64,000 bases of DNA from the human T2T-CHM13v2.0 reference genome, Homo sapiens. Shown here one piece after another: positions 1 to 15,889 of the stretch. The notes under the pieces were generated by a model. It made no database searches and had not been told where the DNA came from. It saw only the letters and a list, made by a program, of their open reading frames with translations. The translations under genes were made by a program, and so were the position numbers. Numbering within the stretch: position 1 is the stretch's first letter; every line of letters starts with the position of its first letter. The stretch lies in assembly GCF_009914755.1 (NCBI RefSeq), contig NC_060947.1. One strand, given 5' to 3'.

Positions 1-1254
1 TTCCCGTAGGTCAGACTCCGCTGGTTGATGAACGGCATCCCCAGTCTCTGGATCATCGTCTTACTGAGACCGAACAATCTGATAACAAACCCATCATACA
101 ATCTGAAATCGTCCTGAAACATGAAATCCCAGTATTTGCAATTTGCCTGGATAGGAGCATAATGTATGGGCATGGCAGACAATGCTAATTCATGACAGTG
201 AAGTGTCTTAATATATACAGCACAGAGATAGAAAAATGGTTTACGATCCAGATCCTTGATCACTTTGTGTATAGCCCTTTGTTCAGTGTTGCTAGGATCC
301 ATGTGGTTCCCAGGGAAGTAGAAGCTTGATTTCAAATAGGCCTCTGTTCTCTGTCCCTTGTTTCTGACCTGAACTTGGGGTCCTCTCAGCCTAACATTCA
401 ATAACATGTCTTACATACATATATTGCCATTTTTATTGTGTAGATGACTGCCTGTCCAGGTGAACCACTGAACATTTAAAAACTTACAAATATTTTGTTG
501 GGTAACAGAGGTTAGGAAAAGCAATCCTAGAGGAGATGGAAAGCTGTACCAGTAGTCATAGGTAAATTAAGTTTGTTTTCCATTTGTTCCTCAACCCTGC
601 AACTGCCAGTGTAATCTGCATTAAGATAAAGGTGTTATGAATTGTATTTAGGATTCCTGTCAATTATCATGTGTTACCTTGGCAAATCCATTTGTTGGTT
701 ACTTGGATTAACCTTTTGGGTTTGTAGCAGATTTAGGACTTCTAGTTCTGCTATTTTGATACTCATTTTAATGTTTATATGATGACTATCTTGTATAAAA
801 TACTCAATGTTTGGATTTAAAAACTAATTATTGAAAAGAACATACATTAATTCCATGTACTATAAAATATTAAGTAGGCTTTAATAACCTATTAGACAGG
901 AGCTGGCACTGGTGCTCTCTGCCAGTCGGTAATCAGCCTCCAGTTCTGAGTTCTCCCTGTGCAGGATGAAAGTTTAAGAGAAAAGAAAAGAGACAGCCCT
1001 TCACTTGGAGAGGGGTGGGGATCCCAGTCTAAAAGTGAAGACATGAGCATAACAAATACCATGATCAGTCCCATGATCTTCCAGAAGTCTTGTGGAGGAG
1101 TGTGATTGTCTGCCATTATGTCAACCATGTGTTTGGGATGAATTTCCAAACATTTTTGGCTTTTCTTAATAACTTGCTTTGTTTCTATAATCTATGAATG
1201 TATGATGAGAATACCTGTATTTGTAAAGTAAACTAATACTTTTATTTTATCCTC

Positions 1255-1490
1255 GTCTGATCCTCACAATAGCCCGTGAGATGGGCAGGGCAGGTATTTT
1301 TCATCTGATAGATGAAAAAGCTGTGGCCCAAAGAGTTTAAATGTACCTAGGATTGCTCGGCTAATTTGGTTTAGATCCAGGACTACAACCAGGCTGTATT
1401 ATGAGGGTCAAATGAGATAATGGCTTTGAAATAATTTGAAAAGTATAAATTGATATACAAATGTAAGGTGGCTATTATCAATTATTATTA
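1255..1490. mobile_element. two degenerate MIR SINE fragments in opposite orientations
   Basis: gatcctcacaatagcccgtgag...gatagatgaaaaagctgtggcccaaagag is an antisense MIR core. It is followed by tattatgagggtcaaatgagataatgg...tgaaaag, a sense MIR 3' end. Confidence 0.6.
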
Positions 1491-2514
1491 CTGACCACCT
1501 AGCCTCTTCTGTCTAGGTTTCTATTTTCAGTTCTTATCCTATAGTGTGTGAATTCGATGCATTGGTTGCCTTTTGTGTTCCAAAATGATCTGCTTTGAGC
1601 TTCAAGGGGTTCTTTTCTAATCATGGTGTTCTAGAATTTGGATTTTGGTTTCTTTTACAGCCCCCAAATATATTCTCATTAGTTTATATTCCCATGGGAC
1701 TCTTCTCCCCTTTAGTTGTCCTCTGGAACATCCATTATGTCTTTTTTGAGATACAACAGACAAAAACCACTGTACTTTGAGCATCTTAGTAATGCATTTT
1801 GTTTATGTCCTGCTCCAGTGGCTGTGATGTCTATCACTTGTTAGCCTTCCTAGTCACACTAATAAATAAAAGTTGTGTTTTTAGGAGCTAGTTTACAATA
1901 ATCCAAGCTGTCTTTTTATGTGGTAACAGATAGCAAGAGCTCTATAATAATCGGATGTCAGAGCTGGAAAGCATCTTAAAGAGATCGTCTGGTGATTCTA
2001 GTTTAGCTTGAACATTTTACAGTTGAGGAAACATCAGACTAGGCCAGGACTCATTTGCTCCTTACCCCAAGGCAGGGAGACAGTTTCTAATACTTTAAGG
2101 AAGAACTCATGGGACATTAATTTTAATATCCTGAAGAATGTTTATTTTATATATATATATATATATTTTTTTTAAAAACCTACAGCTCAGCTCATTTCTC
2201 AATCTACAGCCCAGAGATCAGGCTTGGTTTCACACTCATGGATTTTCTATGAAGGGAATACTATAACTCCTCAGGAAGGTAGTGGGAGCTCAGATACATG
2301 CTTTGCAGACCCGGAAGAAAAAAAATTAGATGGAATAATAATTGTTAATTAAGTGGGCATTTAATTATGCTCAAGTAACCTTTGAAATAATAGAATTATG
2401 CAAAGTACAGATCACGACTTCTCTCTTGATCAGAGTTAGCTAAAGGCTAGATTTGGAGGACAATGCTGAAATCAGTCTTTTATTTCATAAGTGTAGGATG
2501 CATTATTTTTACGT

Positions 2515-2844
<330 letters not shown>

Positions 2845-3596
2845 TAATCACCTTCATCAAAACTCCTTTTGTATTTCTACCCAGTTATACAGCCCAATGG
2901 TACCTTCTTCTAGTTTATGCTCATCGACTTCTTTTTTCAGAGGTCTCACCCTGTAGTAAGGCACAAGGTAAAGAAAAGCCATACAGAAACAAACATACAT
3001 ATCTGACTATATATGGCAGTAACTAAATGGTTTGGAAGGGAACTAATCAGGGTGTGTGGATGTGGACATTTGTTTCTTAATATGGCAATTGATCGTGCCC
3101 TCTCAGGTATTTCATCAATGCGTTTTTATGACAAATTGTAAAAACTTTCAAGATTACCTGTCATTGAGTTGCACCCTATCAGATTCACATCCTGTCTTCA
3201 TCCTTAGCATACTCTCTAACTCTGTATAGATTAGTGATTCACAAACTTTTTGAAATTGCAACAGTTTGCCATTGTTTAATTTTTGTCATGCCACTTCCTC
3301 CTGCTAAAAGTATTTCATGATAATAGGAGTCAAATATTTTTCAGGAGTCACTTATATACTTTTTAAAGTGAATAAAAATTGGGAGCTGAGAATTTTGTAA
3401 CACTCATTGATCACTAGAGATATCCCAGGGTATTGCAAAACCTAGACAGGGAATCATTGACCTAGAAAAACAATTGAAAGGAACAAGCAATCCAATAGAA
3501 TTTATAAATACTATATAATCACACAGTTGTTAGTATAGTATAGTGATTTGCTGTTTACACCCTGGAGTCAGACAGACCTGGGATTGAATCTCTTCT

Positions 3597-4935
3597 TTAA
3601 AAAAATTAGATGTAATTCACATGCCATAATATTCACTATTTTAAAGTATACAATTCAGTGGTTTTTGGTATCTTCACAAAGTTGTGCAATCATCGTCACT
3701 ATCTAATTTTAGAACCTTTTCATCATCCCAGAAAGTAACTCCATATTTGTTAGCAATCACTCCTCATCCCCCATCCTCCCCTGCCCTGCTCCTGGCAACC
3801 ATTAATCTACTTTCTGTTCCTTTGGGTTTGCCTATTCTGGATATTTCATAAAAAAGGAATCATACACAAAAGGAGCCTTTTGTGACTGGCTTCTTTTACT
3901 TACTGTTTTCAAAGATCATCCATGTTGAAGTATGTATCAGAACTTCATTCCTTTTTATAGCCAAGTAATATTCCACTGTGTCTATCCTTTCATCAGTTGA
4001 TGGACATTTGGGCTTTTCCCTTTTGGCTACTATGAAGACTGCTGCTATGAACATTTGTGTACAAGTTTTTGAGTGAACACATTTTCCATTCTTTTGGGTA
4101 TATACCTAGGAGTGGAATTATATGGTAACTCTACATTTAGCCTTTTGAGGAACTGTCGAACTATTTCCCAAAAGCAGCTGCACCATTTTTTATTTCTACC
4201 TGCAATGTATGAGGGTTCTAACTTCTCCAAATCCTGGCTGACGTGCTGTTTTCCGGTTTTTGTTTGTTTTGTTTTATTATATTTTAGCCTTCTTAGTGTG
4301 AAGTAGTATCTCAATGTGGTTTTGATTTGCATTTTCCTACTGGCTAATTATGTTGAGCACCTTTTCATGTGATTATTGGCCATTTGTATATCTTTGGAAA
4401 AAATCTATTGAAATCCTTTGCCTACTATTAAATTGAGTTACTCATCTTTTTTAATCTTGAGTTGTAAGAGTACATTTCTAGAGACTAGACCTATATCAGA
4501 TATAATAATATGATTTGCAAATATTTGCGCCTAGTCTGTGGGTTGTCTTTTTACTTCATTGATGGTGCTTTTTGCAGCACTCAAATTTTAAATTTTGATA
4601 AAGTACCATTTATGTATATTTTCTTTGGTTGCTTATGCTTTTGGTGTCATCTGAGAAACTGTTGCCTGCCTAACCTAAGTTCACAAAGATTTATGCCTAT
4701 CTTTCCTTCCAAGAGTTTTATAGTTTCAGCTCTTACATTTAGATCATTGATCTGTTGTGAGTTAATTTTTATAAATGATATGAAGTAGAACTCCAACTTC
4801 ATCCTCTTGCATGTGGATATCCAGTTGTCCAAGCACCATTTGTTGAAAAGAGTATTCTTTCTCCATCGAATGGTCTTGGAACCCTTGTTGAAAATCAGTT
4901 GACCATAGATATATATAGGTTTATTTCTAAAGTTT
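3597..4935 (-). mobile_element. old L1 (L1MB-like) 3' fragment: ORF2 C-terminus plus 3' UTR
   Basis: Minus-strand remnants MQIKTTLRYYFT... and DNWISTCKRMKL...KINSQQINDLNVRAETIKLLE resemble L1 ORF2. The 3' UTR motif aagtatacaattcagtgg...cacaaagttgtgcaatcatc is also present. Confidence 0.88.
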
Positions 4936-4996
4936 TATCCTAAGTTTGATTCTTAGTTTTGCCACTTAGAAACAAGTGTGACCTTGAACAAGTTAC

Positions 4997-5286
4997 TTTT
5001 TTTTTTTTTGAGACGGAGCCTCGCTCTGTTGCCAGGCTGGAGTGCAATGACACGATCTCGGCTCAAGCAACCTCCGCCTCCCGGGTTCAAGCAATTCCCC
5101 TGCCTTAGCCTCCCGAGTAGCTGGGACTACAGGCATGCGCCACTACGCCTGCTAATTTTTTGTATTTTAGTAGAGACGGGGTTTCACCATGTTGGCCAGG
5201 ATGGTCTCGATCTCCTGACCTTGTGATCCGCCTGCCTCAACCTCTCAAAGTGTTGGGATTATAGGCGTGAGCCACCACGCCCAGCC
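4997..5286 (-). mobile_element. AluS (Sc-like) SINE inserted in a MIR
   Basis: Full dimer with ctctgttgccaggc and ccaggatggtctcgatctcctgaccttgtgatcc. TAC+poly-T flanks it on both sides (TSD). Confidence 0.93.
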
Positions 5287-5674
5287 TACTTTTTTTTTTT
5301 TTTAAATAATGATAATACCTACCTTTTAGAGAGTTGTTGTGAAAAGTAAATGAGGCAATGCGCATAAAGGGTATTGTTCAGGTGCTTAGATAACCAGAAA
5401 GGTAGGGGAAATGGGGGATAATTGAAAGGATTCTAAAATATTAGGAGTACCCAGAACAAGAAAGCCTCATAAATTAGAGATGATTGAACACGTCTGAAGA
5501 AGTTGATAAAAGTATTCAGTACCCGAAAATTGGCTAAAACAGTTAATATATGATAATTAAAAATCAAACAGATTCGAAACAGTCTAGAAAAGCTAAAATA
5601 AGCAAGAGGCAGTAACTATCTTAAAATATTCTTTACAGAGCTGAAATAAGTTAAGGTAGGTTATTTTAGAGTAC

Positions 5675-5824
5675 TAATGATTGGGTTTTTTTCTTTCAAA
5701 GACTCTTGAGAATCTTTTGAAAGCTATGGGCAACCCTTTCCCCAGGAAAAATGCATATATGACATACAAACACATTCTGCAAACAGTTCTAGGAAGTTCA
5801 GAAGTCCCCGGTTAATAAATCCTA
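5675..5824. mobile_element. MER117-like hAT-Charlie MITE relic
   Basis: gagaatcttttgaaagctatggg...ccaggaaaaatgcat...ccccggttaataaatccta resembles the MER117 consensus as I recall it. Confidence 0.55.
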
Positions 5825-6419
5825 TTTTGACCTTACCCAAAGCAATCCTGACCCATAGCGTGCTTTCCCAAGCTTAATTTCATAATGAGGTTCAAGTGTC
5901 ACACTGACTTGGAAATAAATTTTAGATTTCCAAACAAAATTTAAGAGCTTTTCCTCTGTACAGGACAATTTATATGGCACCCTCTTAAGCCTTAGGAAAG
6001 CTGTGGTACTCTAATTGTTGTTATATAGTTTTCAGCATACATAGACATGGCTTTCAGCAATACATGTGACCAACCCAGGTAGCTTCCAACACAGACATTG
6101 AGGAATGCAGGCATACAGTTCTAGAAGAGATAGTAATAGAAGTGCAGTGTGAGGTGGAGATGGGCCTAGAAGACAGAGATATGATTCTGGAAGGAACTCA
6201 GAATGAAATAGGCAGATTCAGAGAAAGTAAGAGAGACAGAGAGAGATAAAAATAGACGTAGAAACATGCTGTTTAAAAAAAAAAAACTCTATAAACTATG
6301 TTAAATATACCAAAGTAAAGATTTCCAGAATTCAAAAAAAAAAAAAACTGTCTTGTAAATGGTCCAGATAAACCTCAGTGAAGGAGGTGAGATGATTGAA
6401 ATAAAGGTAAGGGAAAAGA

Positions 6420-6625
6420 GCACAGGCATTGGAATTATACTGACCTGTGCTCTGGGTATGTATGTTTTTGGTTGATTTATTTAATGATTCTAAGCCCTAG
6501 TTTCCTAACTGTAAGGTGGATACAGTAATAGTAACTTCCTCACAAGTTTCCTGAAAGAATTAGTGAAATAATGTGTAAAGTGCTTAACATAGTACTCAGA
6601 ATACAGGAGATGCTCAATGAATGCT
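6420..6625 (+). mobile_element. MIR SINE
   Basis: aagagcacaggc...ctagtttcctaactgtaag...taatgtgtaaagtgcttaacatagt...gctcaatgaatg. Confidence 0.65.
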
Positions 6626-7538
6626 AGACCCCTTCTTACTCCTAGTTTAAGTGATACTTCATTAACAATTATTGAATACAGTTTGTGTGAAGCACAAACT
6701 TGTGCTGTGAATGAAAATATAAAATAGTTGATACTCTCAAGGAGAAGGAAGAGTTAGCTGGAAATACAGCTATGTAAGTGAAATAAAACAGAATGTTCTG
6801 GAAGCCACCAGTGGTTGAGGTGATAAAAACATGTAGATGAGAGATCTCTTAGATTTCTAGGCTTGGATGGTGATATTCACCAGACAGGGAAAATCAGAAG
6901 AGGAGCAGGTGTTTTTTGTTTGTTTTGTTTTGTGGAGGTGAGGAGGAGCACAACAAGTTCATTTATAGACATGTTGAGTTTGAGAATCTGAGTAATATAT
7001 CAAATGGAGCTCTCTAAGGCAATATTCCTGCTGTCAGTGGAAGTTGGAATCTTCATCTCTCAAAAGTCTCTTCCAATTCTAAGATTCAATGATGTATGTA
7101 CATTTTAATTGTTTACTTTTTCATCTGTATGGGTGAACGTTGATAGATGTTATAAGCTACAAAATACTGGCCAACAACTTTCAAGCACCTGTAAATTCTA
7201 AAAGAAAAATACCTTGTCTCACTTAAAAAAACTGGCTGTACAAACATCTGAATCTACTAAACCAACTGAGTGACTGATTTACAAAAAGATTCTTCACTTT
7301 TATAACCTCATTTCATATAGATTTTCATTAAATAGGTAGTTAGTTCAGTGCATTTAAAAGGTTTGATTTAGAAACAGCTTTTAGGTGTACATCTATTGTA
7401 CTTAGGCATAAAGTATAATTGTACTCAGTACTTATGTATCCTGTGACAATATCTGAACAAATACCAATGGCAGAGCAAAATTTTCAAGCTCTGATGAGAG
7501 TCTCCAATGATGACAAGATAATAAACAAAAGCTACTCA

Positions 7539-7860
<322 letters not shown>

Positions 7861-8053
7861 GCAAGAAAGATGCCCTTTTTCTTTCCTATACATAGGATTA
7901 ACATTTTCAGTCAGTAAGATATGTTTTATATTTTTCCTTAGTTAAAGACAACTTAGAATATTTATGTGTGTGTATTTTAATTAATGGAAGACTCTAGGCA
8001 ATTAAGAATTAGGTACCTGTGTGTTCAGCACAGAAATGCCTGTGGAAAAATAG

Positions 8054-8405
<352 letters not shown>

Positions 8406-9344
8406 GGGTGACCTCTTTTACTCACTGATGCTCACTAAATTGAAGGTTACCAGATCTTAAAATTTCTGGAACTTTGCTAATTTCTATCTAGATATTGATT
8501 TGCATCCTGTTATGTTTTAGAAAGTATGAAAAGACACATGGGAGGTGAGCTTCATAGCTGGCTTGTGCTAGTTCAGCAGGTGTTTAGTAATGAAACCAAA
8601 CTGAAGCCACAAGGCAATATGACTTTATTATTGATCAGCAACTATTGCTGAGTAGGTTGAAAAGTTTGAAATCATTCCCCATTCAGCTTGATGAACTGAA
8701 GGGGTTTCTGAAGGTGAGGGAAGAAGATGAAAGTGAAAACTATCATCTTTTATCTCAAGTAACTCAGTTTACTAGGAATAGAATGGAACGGAAATTTCCA
8801 TGTGTGATAATAAGAAGTAATTCAAGTTCACACTCTGAGGAAAAACTTATTATCCTGCACCAAGGGCTACATTTTTCTAAAGCTCTCTCTTTTTTATGCA
8901 GGCTTTCAGAATGGAATCATTTCAGGAAGTAGAGAGTTACTTTAAAATATGGCATTGTTTTCCTTACACTGGATGTCACATAGAAGCAGCCCTACAGTTT
9001 ACCTTGAAGTGAAATAGAGAACAATATTGGAGAATAGAGATTGGGAATTTTGCAGGGTCTCAGCCTTATCTTAGTCTAGGAAAAGAGATGTCAGTGGAGA
9101 ATATGTGAGAGAATGATCCATGCAAATATTGTGAGCTGGAATGGTAATGTTAATCAGTCTATCAGGATTCAGAGGTGGCCATTTGGTTTTATCTATTTGT
9201 GCATGAAAATAAACATAGGCATTTGTCTAAAACAAGGTTTGAAGGGGAAGAAAGTCTTCCTGATTAGTTCCCAAATTGCTTTTCTATTGCTTAAGCATCT
9301 CTGGGGAATCCAGCACGTAAACGCGCCCATTGGTTAGTGTATAA

Positions 9345-10172
<828 letters not shown>

Positions 10173-13100
10173 TAGCAAGTTCTCTAATAAAATAGGTGAC
10201 TTTTCCTATATGACAAGTGAGTTAACTTTAAGTTGTTCTCATGAGGAATAACCTGCTCTCCTGCAAGCTCTTCCTGGAGCCTATCTCATCTGTTGCATAA
10301 ACATTCTTGCAGTCACACACTTCTGGCTAACTTTTGGGGAGTCAGCTCATGGCCTGCAACACCAGTAGTTCATCCAGGGAAACACACCCTCTATCTTCTG
10401 TCAGTGACATATTGCTTATTATATATCTTTGCTATGATCTTTCCACCTCTTCTTTTAAGTATGTGAGTACTTGTGTACGTGTACTACAATTAGCATATGT
10501 GTCGATTTGCATATGTAGGTATATGGCAATGGGAAGGCAGGGTGTGTCTCTGTGTAGGTGTGGGTGGAGGTGGCTGAGTGTATCTAGGTAGGTGAGAGAT
10601 TTTTGTGGAGGACATTATTGTATGTTTGTGTTTGTGTACTCAATACACTAAAGAAACAAAAGTTTGGCATTGGCCATTACAAATTGCCATTAAGCCTTTA
10701 ACATAGGGCTAATTCTAAGCCTGCCTTTAAAAACAAAACAAAACAAAACAAAACAAAGAACTGAAGAAACTTCAGTATACCACGAAATTGGGAGGGATAA
10801 TTAAATATCTGAATGAACAATTTAAACTGAAGGCAATAAATATTTTATCCAGTATCAAATTTTGTGACAGTGCTCACTATTATGGGCTACAAACTGAAGC
10901 ATTTGTTTATAGTTCCTGCCTTACAAGTTCCTAGTCATTTATGTGTATTCAATGGACAGAGTTTTCTAAAGTTGTTGTGTCATATAATATGTATGTACAA
11001 GTCTAAGTGCCCATAAAAAGTCCTCCTACCTTACACTGATGATCCAGCGAATTGTTTTATTCCCATTGCTTGTCTGCTATGTTGTATAATTTCTCTTAAG
11101 AAGGGAGCTACTTAGCAGATATTCTAGAAAAATAAAATGTTTAAACGGATAGTAAAATTACCACTCCAAATAGAACCTGAGTACATAAGCCAAGCTAGAA
11201 GAAAGACCCAGATAGGATAAAAGGAGGGCAAGAAGGGAATGGAGATTTTCCTCCTGCCATGCAGTGGATGATTCATTGTAACTTCTGTAAAAAGTATAAT
11301 GTTGGTGAGAGTAGCAGTACTCAGAATAGGATATATTTGTCCTGTAATTTGTTGCAAATAATATTGAGAGTAGTCACAATGACTATGGTTTGTGCCTCTT
11401 TTGGTTATTATTTATACCTGATATGTATAAATGTGTAGCAAATTCAATTTTTTTATTTCACTCAAGTTGATACTCTCATTCATATCAAGGCTGCAGAGGG
11501 AAATAATCTTGTTAACTTCAGTTCTTAGACTCATAAGATATTAGGCCTTTGACTTGGTCTAGTCGAAGCGCTCTACTTTAAAGTTGTATAAACAGACCTT
11601 GATAGATGAAGTGACTTGGTCAAAATCAAAGAAATGATTAGTAATGGGAAAGCTAGAACTGGGACTTAGCCTCTAGATTGAGTAACTATCCTTTGTACTG
11701 TAGCCGGCTGCCACTTTGTTTTGGATCTAAGTTTTCCCCATGAAATGTGATTTGAAACTTAACTTTATGCTCCCACAACTGTACATTTCGTGGTCATAGA
11801 TAAATGATTAATGACATCAAGGAAGGGACAGATTGTATAAACTTACAGCTGTATAATGGCAAAAGATAGGAGCGGGGTTATAGGAAGAGTGGGGGATGTG
11901 AAGAGGACAGAACAATCTCTGCCAAATATTTGCAGGTGTTGGGACTATAATAAGTCATTGGCCTTGAGAAATATTCCAAACAGAAAAATCTGTGTCCATA
12001 TGCACTGTTGAGATAACAAAAAGACTGGCTAGTGTAAGCTTGTATTACAGAAAACTAGCTATTTGAAAACATCCGAAAACATGATGATTGATTAGATATT
12101 TGGCATCATGAAGCTATAGCCCTCATCTCCAGGGATGGATGGAACATGGACATATTTTACCAAGATATATTTTAGTCTGTGACTAATCGGTAATTTTTGG
12201 AGAAAGAAAGCCAGATTTTGAATAGTTCCCCTTTCATATTTTAGGAAATGTGCAGAAAATTCTGATTATAAATTAAGTGGAAACTATTTTTACTCATTTT
12301 TGGATGGAGAGTGGAAAATGAATCATTCCCAACTGTGTGGTTCGTTATGTTGTCTGAAACATCTTGGACTTTGGGGAGGTGAGAGAGGTACTGGTTGTGT
12401 GTGTGTTGCGGGGGTGGAGGGGTCACTTTGGTTTGGTGCCAAGTGTAAAAGAATATTAATTCTCCATGTTAAGCAGAGAGAAAGTCTGACTTTTAGTGTC
12501 ACATATACTCACTTCTTTGGGTTAATTTTAAATTGGAAAATCATTTAGGATTACCCCCTTAGTCTGCTTGATTCTTCCCCAAGGAGAAAGGGAGAAAGTT
12601 GGCTGGCAGGAGCTATGGGAGAGTCTGCCTGAGTATATTCCCCTGGCCCTGGCCCTGAGAGAAGCACAGGAGTCCTGTAGGAGATATATACTATACCCTA
12701 TCATTCTTCCCCATACTATCATTCTTCCCCTGTATCTAGGAGGTTGGCTTTTTAGCCAGTATCTGATAACAGGGTTTATTTTTACTTTTTGGTTCTGGAA
12801 CTTCACTGTTGACATTTGTAACTACTTTTTATATACGAACCTCCCTGATTAGGATTAGTGGCTTCTAATATTTATTTGTTCAATAAAGAATAAATAAACC
12901 ATTATGTTATAGATGAAAAGTCAGAATAACCAGAAACTAGCCTGTCTTTTTAACATGTTCTCAAAGTGGATTAGAGGGCTTGGGGTACTTAGTTTAGTTT
13001 CATGATCTTATTTAGTTGTCCAGTCTACCAATAGGGTTGAGACGCAGGACACATGTCTTTCAGCAGGCTACCAGTAGTTCAATTAATTATTCAATTTTAA

Positions 13101-14224
13101 ATAATATTTTTATTCACGACAGTTATTAGAGCAGTAAGTCCTATCAGAGTAATTATTTTCTCCATCACCTCTCACTTTTCACTCACTAGTCCCAATATAT
13201 ATCTTAGTTCATGATATATGGGGCATTTCTATAAAACGGCTTCATATTTTAGAATTTTCATTATCACATGAGTTTCCATCCTTATAAAAGATTGTTGTTA
13301 TCGTTTTAATAAATTTTGGCTTCATAAAAGAGGCCAAATTTCGGTGACTGTCTATTGCTGATAGACTTCAACTCAATATTATAAGTCCCATACAACTTTT
13401 TTCTTGTGCTGCCCATGTATTTTCCCCTCTACTCCTCTAAAACATGCTACCTTCATCTACCCCAGTGAGCCTCCTGTCTGCAAAATATACCATTCTCTTT
13501 TCTGATTCTTAACTGTCACTAGTGTTCTTCTCTTGGCCTGTTTACAAATCCTACGTATTCTTTAATGCATAATTCAAACCCCATAAGACCACTCCAAAAC
13601 ATCACAGCTACGTCATAATCTCCTTCAGGTCAGAAATAATGTCTTGTATTTCTTTAGTATTCTCCTTAGTTTCTAGTACACATAGTATTTTCTCAAGAAA
13701 TCCAAATGAATTCAGTCTTCATAATGGATTTGCAGGAAATATACCAGTGCCTATAGCTTGCTTTGGATCTCATCTAAGAAGATATAAATCTGTCTTGCCA
13801 TTATATATACCCTGAAAGTCTGAAAAAAGATCTCCTGTGAACTACTGACAATGTTCAAAACCAGAGTGCTAGCAAAAGTATGGCATGTCCTTAATTTTAA
13901 TTGCCTATTCATTTTGATCACTGGATTTTCCAACTGCCTACCCCTATGGTGACATCTGTATAAATCAGATGTGATTATTATAATTCTCTTTGAGAGTGAT
14001 GTCTTCACATTTCCATGCCCACAGCCTGCCAAAAATATAGCTGATGAAAACCAGGGGGAATAGAGGAATTTCCTGAAAGGAATAAACAAGCACATTTTCT
14101 TTTTCTCATTACATTTCCACAAATTCATTACTACAAATAATTCTTAAATGCAGTTACATTTACATATCAGGGATCTTGTTATAAAATATTACCCAGCACT
14201 GGAGTAAGCCTTTTATCATGGGAA

Positions 14225-14228
<4 letters not shown>

Positions 14229-14294
<66 letters not shown>
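14229..14294. repeat. compound (AC)n(TC)n microsatellite
   Basis: About 16 AC units directly followed by about 17 TC units. Confidence 0.97.
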
Positions 14295-14298
<4 letters not shown>

Positions 14299-15889
14299 AG
14301 ACTGGGACAGAGAAAGCTAATGATTGCCAGACAATGAGAAGGGAGATATGAGACTTGGAGGATGTTCAAAGGAACGCCACAATGAGAGTTAAAAGGTTGG
14401 AAAATATAGTGCTCTAGAATCTTATCACAGTTGATTACTTGTCCTTCTTCCTATTCAGTCACTCTGTCATCCACCCACCCATTCTCACTCAGTCACCACC
14501 TTCTCCCAGTCATTTATCTACTCACCCACTTGACACCCACTACTGTCTGCCAAGACAGATACCCTCTCAACTAATGTACTAATGGGCATATGACTTTCTC
14601 AACCAGTGTAAGTATAAATATAAGGGAAAGAAAGTGAAGTATATTTATGAGAGACTAGGTTGAGAGTATATTTGCATACACATGTATGCATCACTGTATA
14701 TGAGTGTGTATATTCCTGCATAAATATGTGGCTGAGAATGACTCTGTGTCTGTGTATGAAAGTATATCTATAAAATGTGTATCATTGTATGTGAAGATGT
14801 GAGAGTGTGTAAATCTTCTGATAATTTGGGTAGGAGGGGGCCATGAGTGTAAGGTAAGCTTTCTGTTGTCACCCTAGGGAGTGTTAGAGCCTCAGCAGAA
14901 CCCATCCTGAGGCTAAGGATCAATCTAATAAATGAGCCAGATCAAACATATGCATGATAAGAAAAATCTTCAATGGAGGCCAGGGTGGGTTACCATAGGT
15001 GAGGGAAAAGAAAAATGTTGTTTCTCACTCTCAGTCAGGTACTAAATCACAGTAGCTAAATATAATAAGAACAAAACATTTGAGACCAGATTTATGCTCT
15101 TTAAGGTCTGGTGGTAATGGTGGTGAACATGTGTGTGTGGGGTTGGGGACAGTATCTGACAGGTTTCTCAGCTAAACCAGCCTTCAACTCAATGCTCATA
15201 AAATCATTCTTGCTTGTAGATCTGCCTTCTCTGTGGTCTCTTAACTGTTCCAGACTTGCTCCCCATCACATACAATATGTGTAAATCTGTACATATTTCA
15301 TGTGTGTATGAGGATAAAACACATTTCATTTCATCTCTACCCAAACTGTGCACTAAGACTCATTTGAACCCCTATTCTTTTCTCTGCAAGACTTATATTG
15401 ATTTCTCTGTCTCTGAACTCATTTATTATTAACAGGACCCTGTTTTGGAAGATGTTTTCCATTGTTTCTTTGGTTTGAGAGCAAGTTTAGCAAGTAGATA
15501 CTCCTATTATCTGTACCCTTATCTTTCTGTTTTTCTGTTATTTCTTTTGGCTCAAGTTTTCTCTTCACCAATATTTGAAAGGAGCTAACAATCGTTTGTT
15601 TGAGAACAATTTACAAAATGTTGACACAGAGATTGTTCTTGGGTGGATAGAAATCCTGTCTGTTATTGTTGGGCAAAGAAACATATTACAGAAATATAAT
15701 ATAGGTGAGGAAAGATCAAGGAAACAAGAATTACTGAACACAAAGAAGTGAGGTTTAAAGGGAAAAATGTGATAATGGCCTTCAAGTTCATGAAAGGTTG
15801 ATATAATGAGGTAATGCCTTATTCTTTGTCTCACATGAAGCTAGAACTGACAATAACTTAAACCGTAGCATCAGGGATTTAGGCTAGGG

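Noticed and set aside
892-1149. 85-aa minus-strand ORF with a hydrophobic stretch
   Set aside because: No recognisable family or splice context, and the length is expected by chance in 64 kb.
14887-14913. Short hairpin agcctcag...ctgaggct (and similar at about 6691 and 10760)
   Set aside because: Stems of 6-8 bp are expected by chance and are too short for a pre-miRNA or snoRNA.
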